Origin: a virus
Taxonomy: Duplodnaviria > Caudoviricetes
Virus record (IMG/VR): IMGVR_UViG_3300023174_002791
Coordinates: 1 to 59,269 of that record
Strand: one strand, 5' to 3'
DNA length: 59,269 nt
Positions 54,800 to 59,269 of the stretch are shown here, one piece after another (position 1 is the first letter of the stretch; each line of letters opens with the position of its first letter). Made by a program: the position numbers and the translations under genes. The notes beneath the pieces are model-generated. The model had not been told where the DNA came from. It was given only the letters and a program-made list of their open reading frames with translations, and ran no database searches.

Positions 54800-57700
54800 T
54801 TACCTTGCAGCCAATGCTTCTAGTAGTGCCATCTTATATTCTGGAATAACAGCAGCAGCGTCTTTGCCGTTAGCGTAAATACTAATAGCACCCTTTTCAA
54901 TAGTAGTTGTTTGTGACGCTATTCTTGCAGCGTTTTGAGAATCTGTAAATCCACCGCCACTAGCAGGAGCAGCAGTTGCAACCTTTGGCGCTGGAATGTT
55001 TACAGTAGTTCCAGACCAAATCATATTACCGTTCTGATACTTGGCTACGTCTGTAAATTTAGGGTTAGCAGCAAGTACGGCTTTAAGAGTTGTGCCATTC
55101 GCTTTAGCAATAGCAGAGAGAGTGTCACCAGATTTAACAACATACTTCTCGGCAGCAGCGGCAACCTTTGCAACAGTTGGAGGAGTGACAACCTTTGGAG
55201 TATCAACAGCCTTTGGAACATCTTCAGCCTTTGGAGTTGTATCAGGTTCAGGCTTCGGAGTTACTTCAGGACCACCACCAGGGTTAGGTGTGATTTGACC
55301 ACTTACAGTTACGCCAATGCTTGCAGCAGCAGCAGCCATAGCAGCAGCAATTGCAGCAGCAATTTCATTAGCCAAAGTAACCAAACGTGCTTTTTCTAGT
55401 GTTAGTTGGTCAAACATACCTTGAGCAAGGTCTTTAGCAAGTTCAGTTCCAAGAGTTTTTAAACTAGCCAAAGCGTCAGTAATACCTTTATTCACGGCTG
55501 TTGCAGAACCAGTGACGAGTACAAGATTTGTGCCACCAGTTGCAGTAACCAAGCCATCCATAAGGGCTTTACCATTGACAGTACCAACGCCACCAAGGGC
55601 TTCTAGTGTTGTTTTAATTTTATCAACAACAGCCTGAGTAGCAGGTCCAACAGTTACAGAAGCCTGACGTGTGAACTCTGCTACTAAAGCGTCAATAAGA
55701 GCAGCAGCACTTGTTAATCCTGTATTACCAAGAACACCCAAAATAGCACTTATATTGGAAACAATGTCAGTCATTTGTGCGTTAATAAGTTCTACGCCTA
55801 GTGCAGCACCATCACGGAAAGAGGTTGCCATACCAACGGCTTCTCCATACATTTTTTCTGTAGTTGCAGAGCCAAAAGTGTCAGACATAGTTCCGATTTG
55901 AGAATACAGACTATTTATTTCAGCAATCTGACTTGCAGTAGCGTTAGCCAAAGCAGCAACTGCTGCACCTGCGGCTTCGGGACCAGCCTCAAGCAACTGA
56001 CGGACATATTCTCTATTAAGACCAGACGCTAACAACTTATTAGCGTTAGTAGCAAAAGCAGTAATAGTTTCAAGACGTGCTTTAAGTTGATTTGTAATTG
56101 TGTCAATACCGCTAGTGGATTGCTTGAGTTGCGTAATTACCAATCCAGTTGCGGTTTTAATTACAGTAAAGGTTGCAGCGCCATCTGCTTTTGATAAATC
56201 AGCAACAGCAGTAGCAAAGGATTTTAAAGAACTGGTCAAGTTCTGACCAAATTGTTTTTGAGTATCTATTAGGTCGTCAAGTCTTTTTTGAGCAACTTCA
56301 AGTGCCTTGATTGCCTTAACGCGGTTACGTGCAGCATCTATTAAACCGTTTGTTTGAGCATACAAATAATTCTTAACTGCGTCACGTGCGCCAGGAGCCA
56401 GGTCAGTAAAACGCTGGTCTATTACAGTGATTAATTCGTCATACATTGAAATAATTGACTCAACAGTGGATTCAGCAGAAGCCATACCCTTTGTAATCTT
56501 GCTTGGTTCGCCAAAAGGCTGAGCAAGCAATTCGCTAAACTTCTTTTGAGAAGCAGAACGTTCTTCAATTGCCCTTGCGAGACGTTTTTCTGCTTCTTCC
56601 AATTGTGCGCTTACTTTTTCAAGTGCGTCTGCAATCGCCATAGCCTCTTGAATACGACCACGAACATAGGCATTAATTTTGTCAAATTCTGTTTTAATTT
56701 TAGCAAGACCAGCAGTATCACCTTTGGCTTCAAATATATCTTTTTTGGCGTCGAACACTTTCTTGAGTTCATCAAGACCTTTGAGCATTGTATCGCGAGC
56801 AGTTTCAGAGCCTTTTACAAAACCAGCAGCAAAATCATTAAGTATGAAATCGTTATAATCTTGAACAACTTCGCCAAGTTTTTCTTTTAAATCACTTAGT
56901 TTTTTTGCAAGGTCTTTAGCGGCTTGGTCTAAAGCGCCAGCACCGCCACCTGTTCCATCATTATTGTTTGGGTCGTCTTTCTTGCCAGGAGTTTTAGCAC
57001 CTTTAGGCAAACTGAATTTAGGAAGCGAGAATTTTTTGTTAGCAAGACCATCTAATTTGTCAGCAAAATCCTGAACCTTATTTCCAGCCTTATCAAAGAA
57101 ATCACCAATACCAGAAGTCATCTTGTCAATACCAGTTAAAGCCTTACCAGCAGCGTCTACTCCTAAGAGTGATAAACCCTTGAGAAGTAAGCGCATTGGA
57201 CCAGTGACGACCTTAACAAGACCCTCAAGCAGTACGCCTACAATTTTAATTAAGTAACCAAAGCCCATTACGCCAGCCTTGCCAACTTGAATCATCATTT
57301 TTCTAAACGATTCTGACTTATTCCATAGACCTACAAAAACAGCAATAAGTAATATCGCAGCAGCAATCATTAAACCTATTGGGTTTAAAGCCATCATCAT
57401 ATTCAAACCATTTTGTGCAACAGTTAAAATACCTGTAGCAATCGCTTGACGATTAGTCCAAGCAGTCATCAATTTTGTACGAGCGATAGATATTGCGGCT
57501 ACAGCGTTGTAAATTCCTATACCGATATAAAGACCGCTATACGCCAATGCCGCTACAGCGAGAACAGTAACTAAACCACGGAAGAAACCAACGTTGCTTT
57601 TAATGAAGTTACCCACAGCACCAAGAACTCTAATTACACCAACTATCGCTGCTACTACAGCACTGAAGGCTGGAACAAGGATATTCATAAGTAGTGGTCC

Positions 57701-58606
57701 AACAACAGAAACAATTGCACTACCAAAATCATAAAGATTCTTTAACAAAGAACCTACAAAACTAATAAAAGCATTTATTCCAGAACCATCTTTAAATTTT
57801 TCCATCAACCCTTGAATGGCTGGCATAAGAGTATTACCAATAAACATCTGAACTTTTTGGATTACAGGCAATAACATCTCACCAAAAGACTGCTTCAAGT
57901 TATTAGCCTGATTAGCCAATTTCTGTTGAGCACCAGCAGCAGTATCGCCTACGGTGATTGCATAGTCTTTATAAGTAGAGTTCAAAACCTTAGCAATAGC
58001 AGCAGCACGTTCCATTTCTGTACCGCTTGAAATCTGTTTCTTTGTAGCATCATCAAGTACAAAACCAACACGTGACAAAGCACCAAAATTACCGTTTAAA
58101 GCAAGAGCAAGACCGTTAGTCATATTTCGGTATTCTTCAGAACCAGCAGCAGCGCCTTTTTCGGCAGTTACATAGTCGAGAATTGCTGGAGTTAATTTCT
58201 CAATAGCACCAGTGTGAAGATTGAAAGTAGCCAACTGAGATTGAACAGTCTGAATGTTTTCTTTAGAAACAACAGTCACTTTAGCCAAGGCATCAGCCTG
58301 AGCATTAATAGTTGCTATCTGTGCGTTTGTTGCGTTACTTGCAGTCTTCAATAATGTGGTTAAACGGAACTGAGCGACACCAGCCTCTTGCGCGGCTTTA
58401 ACTGAATCCCTGCCTAGTTTTATAGCGTACGTTGCTATTGCACCCATAGCGACTTTTTTCATAATGCCGCCAAGAATGTTTACACCAGCACCAGCCTTAC
58501 TAGAAGCACCATTGATGCCATTCAGAGAGTTTGAAGCGGCTTTAGCAGACGAAATGAAAGACCCCGTAGAGAGGGTCATCTCGCCTTTTATATTGTAATC
58601 AGCCAC
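54800..58606 (-). CDS. Tape measure protein with C-terminal LysM
   Basis: 1268 aa Ala-rich helical, TM region, NPIG; YVVKSGDTLSAIA...NP. Confidence 0.9.
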   Translation of the reverse strand: MADYNIKGEMTLSTGSFISSAKAASNSLNGINGASSKAGAGVNILGGIMKKVAMGAIATYAIKLGRDSVKAAQEAGVAQFRLTTLLKTASNATNAQIATINAQADALAKVTVVSKENIQTVQSQLATFNLHTGAIEKLTPAILDYVTAEKGAAAGSEEYRNMTNGLALALNGNFGALSRVGFVLDDATKKQISSGTEMERAAAIAKVLNSTYKDYAITVGDTAAGAQQKLANQANNLKQSFGEMLLPVIQKVQMFIGNTLMPAIQGLMEKFKDGSGINAFISFVGSLLKNLYDFGSAIVSVVGPLLMNILVPAFSAVVAAIVGVIRVLGAVGNFIKSNVGFFRGLVTVLAVAALAYSGLYIGIGIYNAVAAISIARTKLMTAWTNRQAIATGILTVAQNGLNMMMALNPIGLMIAAAILLIAVFVGLWNKSESFRKMMIQVGKAGVMGFGYLIKIVGVLLEGLVKVVTGPMRLLLKGLSLLGVDAAGKALTGIDKMTSGIGDFFDKAGNKVQDFADKLDGLANKKFSLPKFSLPKGAKTPGKKDDPNNNDGTGGGAGALDQAAKDLAKKLSDLKEKLGEVVQDYNDFILNDFAAGFVKGSETARDTMLKGLDELKKVFDAKKDIFEAKGDTAGLAKIKTEFDKINAYVRGRIQEAMAIADALEKVSAQLEEAEKRLARAIEERSASQKKFSELLAQPFGEPSKITKGMASAESTVESIISMYDELITVIDQRFTDLAPGARDAVKNYLYAQTNGLIDAARNRVKAIKALEVAQKRLDDLIDTQKQFGQNLTSSLKSFATAVADLSKADGAATFTVIKTATGLVITQLKQSTSGIDTITNQLKARLETITAFATNANKLLASGLNREYVRQLLEAGPEAAGAAVAALANATASQIAEINSLYSQIGTMSDTFGSATTEKMYGEAVGMATSFRDGAALGVELINAQMTDIVSNISAILGVLGNTGLTSAAALIDALVAEFTRQASVTVGPATQAVVDKIKTTLEALGGVGTVNGKALMDGLVTATGGTNLVLVTGSATAVNKGITDALASLKTLGTELAKDLAQGMFDQLTLEKARLVTLANEIAAAIAAAMAAAAASIGVTVSGQITPNPGGGPEVTPKPEPDTTPKAEDVPKAVDTPKVVTPPTVAKVAAAAEKYVVKSGDTLSAIAKANGTTLKAVLAANPKFTDVAKYQNGNMIWSGTTVNIPAPKVATAAPASGGGFTDSQNAARIASQTTTIEKGAISIYANGKDAAAVIPEYKMALLEALAAR

Positions 58607-58616
58607 TTGTCACCCC

Positions 58617-58802
58617 CTACTTACTTTTTTGTTGTTTTTCCATTTCCCAAAGACGGACTTGTTCTAACGCTTCCCACTCAGCCAATTCGATTGCAGAGAT
58701 TGGGTTATGGGACGGACTGCCGTTAAGTAATTCATCAACAGTCCGACCCAACCTTTGTGCTAATTCGAAGACGAATCTTCTATAACCGTTTCGGACAAAT
58801 CT
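58617..58802 (-). CDS. Tail assembly chaperone, -1 frameshifted extension (gpGT-like)
   Basis: Open -1 frame RFVRNG...LA.RLG.TV.EL...E..EW after GGGAAAA at 58802-58808. Confidence 0.8.
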   Translation of the reverse strand, partial: RFVRNGYRRFVFELAQRLGRTVDELLNGSPSHNPISAIELAEWEALEQVRLWEMEKQQKSK

Positions 58803-59140
58803 TTTCCCAAATCGTTTGAAGTTTCTGCGAGGAAACCTGATAACTGCATACCCACTGTTGCTAGTGAATCTAGTGCGTTTGCAGACTTAGAGAGCAACGC
58901 CGTTCTATCTTCTGGAGAGAAAATCTTTTCTCCCGTTTCAGCATCAAACGCTGTTGAAATAACAATTTCTGGATAAACCATTTGCAGGTTCATTCCGCCA
59001 TCGCCTTGTGCAAGGTCAAGAATACGTGTGCGCTCTGCGCCAGTCATTCCTCGAACTTCAATCTCGACGTTCCATTCCTTAACTTTTACAAGTTTCTTAG
59101 GAATGTCATTGCTATTTAAAATCTGGTCTCTTATGGACAC
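58760..59140 (-). CDS. Tail assembly chaperone
   Basis: V.EW...V.VRGM...ER, G..IF; between tail tube and TMP. Confidence 0.85.
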   Translation of the reverse strand: MSIRDQILNSNDIPKKLVKVKEWNVEIEVRGMTGAERTRILDLAQGDGGMNLQMVYPEIVISTAFDAETGEKIFSPEDRTALLSKSANALDSLATVGMQLSGFLAETSNDLGKDLSETVIEDSSSN

Positions 59141-59141
59141 G

Positions 59142-59269
59142 GTAACTCTCTTTCGATTAGGGTCTCTAGGACACGGTTAGTTTTTTATTAAGTTGTTATT
59201 TTATTTTAGTAAGTAGTACGTGTTACAGCACCAGTTACTTGAAATTCTGCTGAGTAAGAAACAATGTCT
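59142..59269. repeat. Terminal direct repeat, copy 2
   Basis: Matches 1-128. Confidence 0.95.

Noticed and set aside
461-56890. Other plus-strand ORFs in the track
   Set aside because: All overlap well-supported minus-strand genes and lack recognisable motifs
1-59269. Integrase/att site or alternative genetic code
   Set aside because: No recombinase motifs recognised; standard code gives dense, intact genes using all three stops

Overview
The window is an apparently complete, circularly permuted genome (~59.14 kb; bases 1-128 recur at 59142-59269) of a tailed siphovirus-type phage. Two WhiB-like genes, an actinobacterial-type SSB, sigma70-like/leaderless starts and an actinophage-style tail tip suggest an Actinomycetota host (inference). 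All credible genes but one are on the minus strand. Modules: head (portal, Mu-F-like, XkdF-like protease, scaffold, decoration, MCP), head/neck fibre genes, neck, two tandem tail-tube paralogues, frameshifting tail chaperone, LysM-bearing tape measure, tail tip, lysis, replication/recombination (Gam-like, SSAP, initiator, helicase loader, HNH, RusA) and terminase, which is separated from the portal by an early-gene block. No integrase, DNA polymerase, tRNA or CRISPR array was recognised. Most notable: (i) a hydroxylation/sulfation cassette inside the virion operon (sulfotransferase, APS-kinase/nucleotidyltransferase fusion, 2OG-Fe(II) oxygenase, DUF2061, three related unknown proteins, one inverted); (ii) a Ugd-GP88-amidoligase-GATase-ParB-ParB-glycosyltransferase block suggesting DNA or cell-surface modification; (iii) cis elements: a 12-bp TAAC-N4-GTTA operator-like box before eight early transcription units, a tandem CGTGTCC...AGWGACC motif at two tail-gene starts, and a structured leader with a pseudoknot and an anti-SD loop. 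All family calls come from motif recognition by eye, not database searches.
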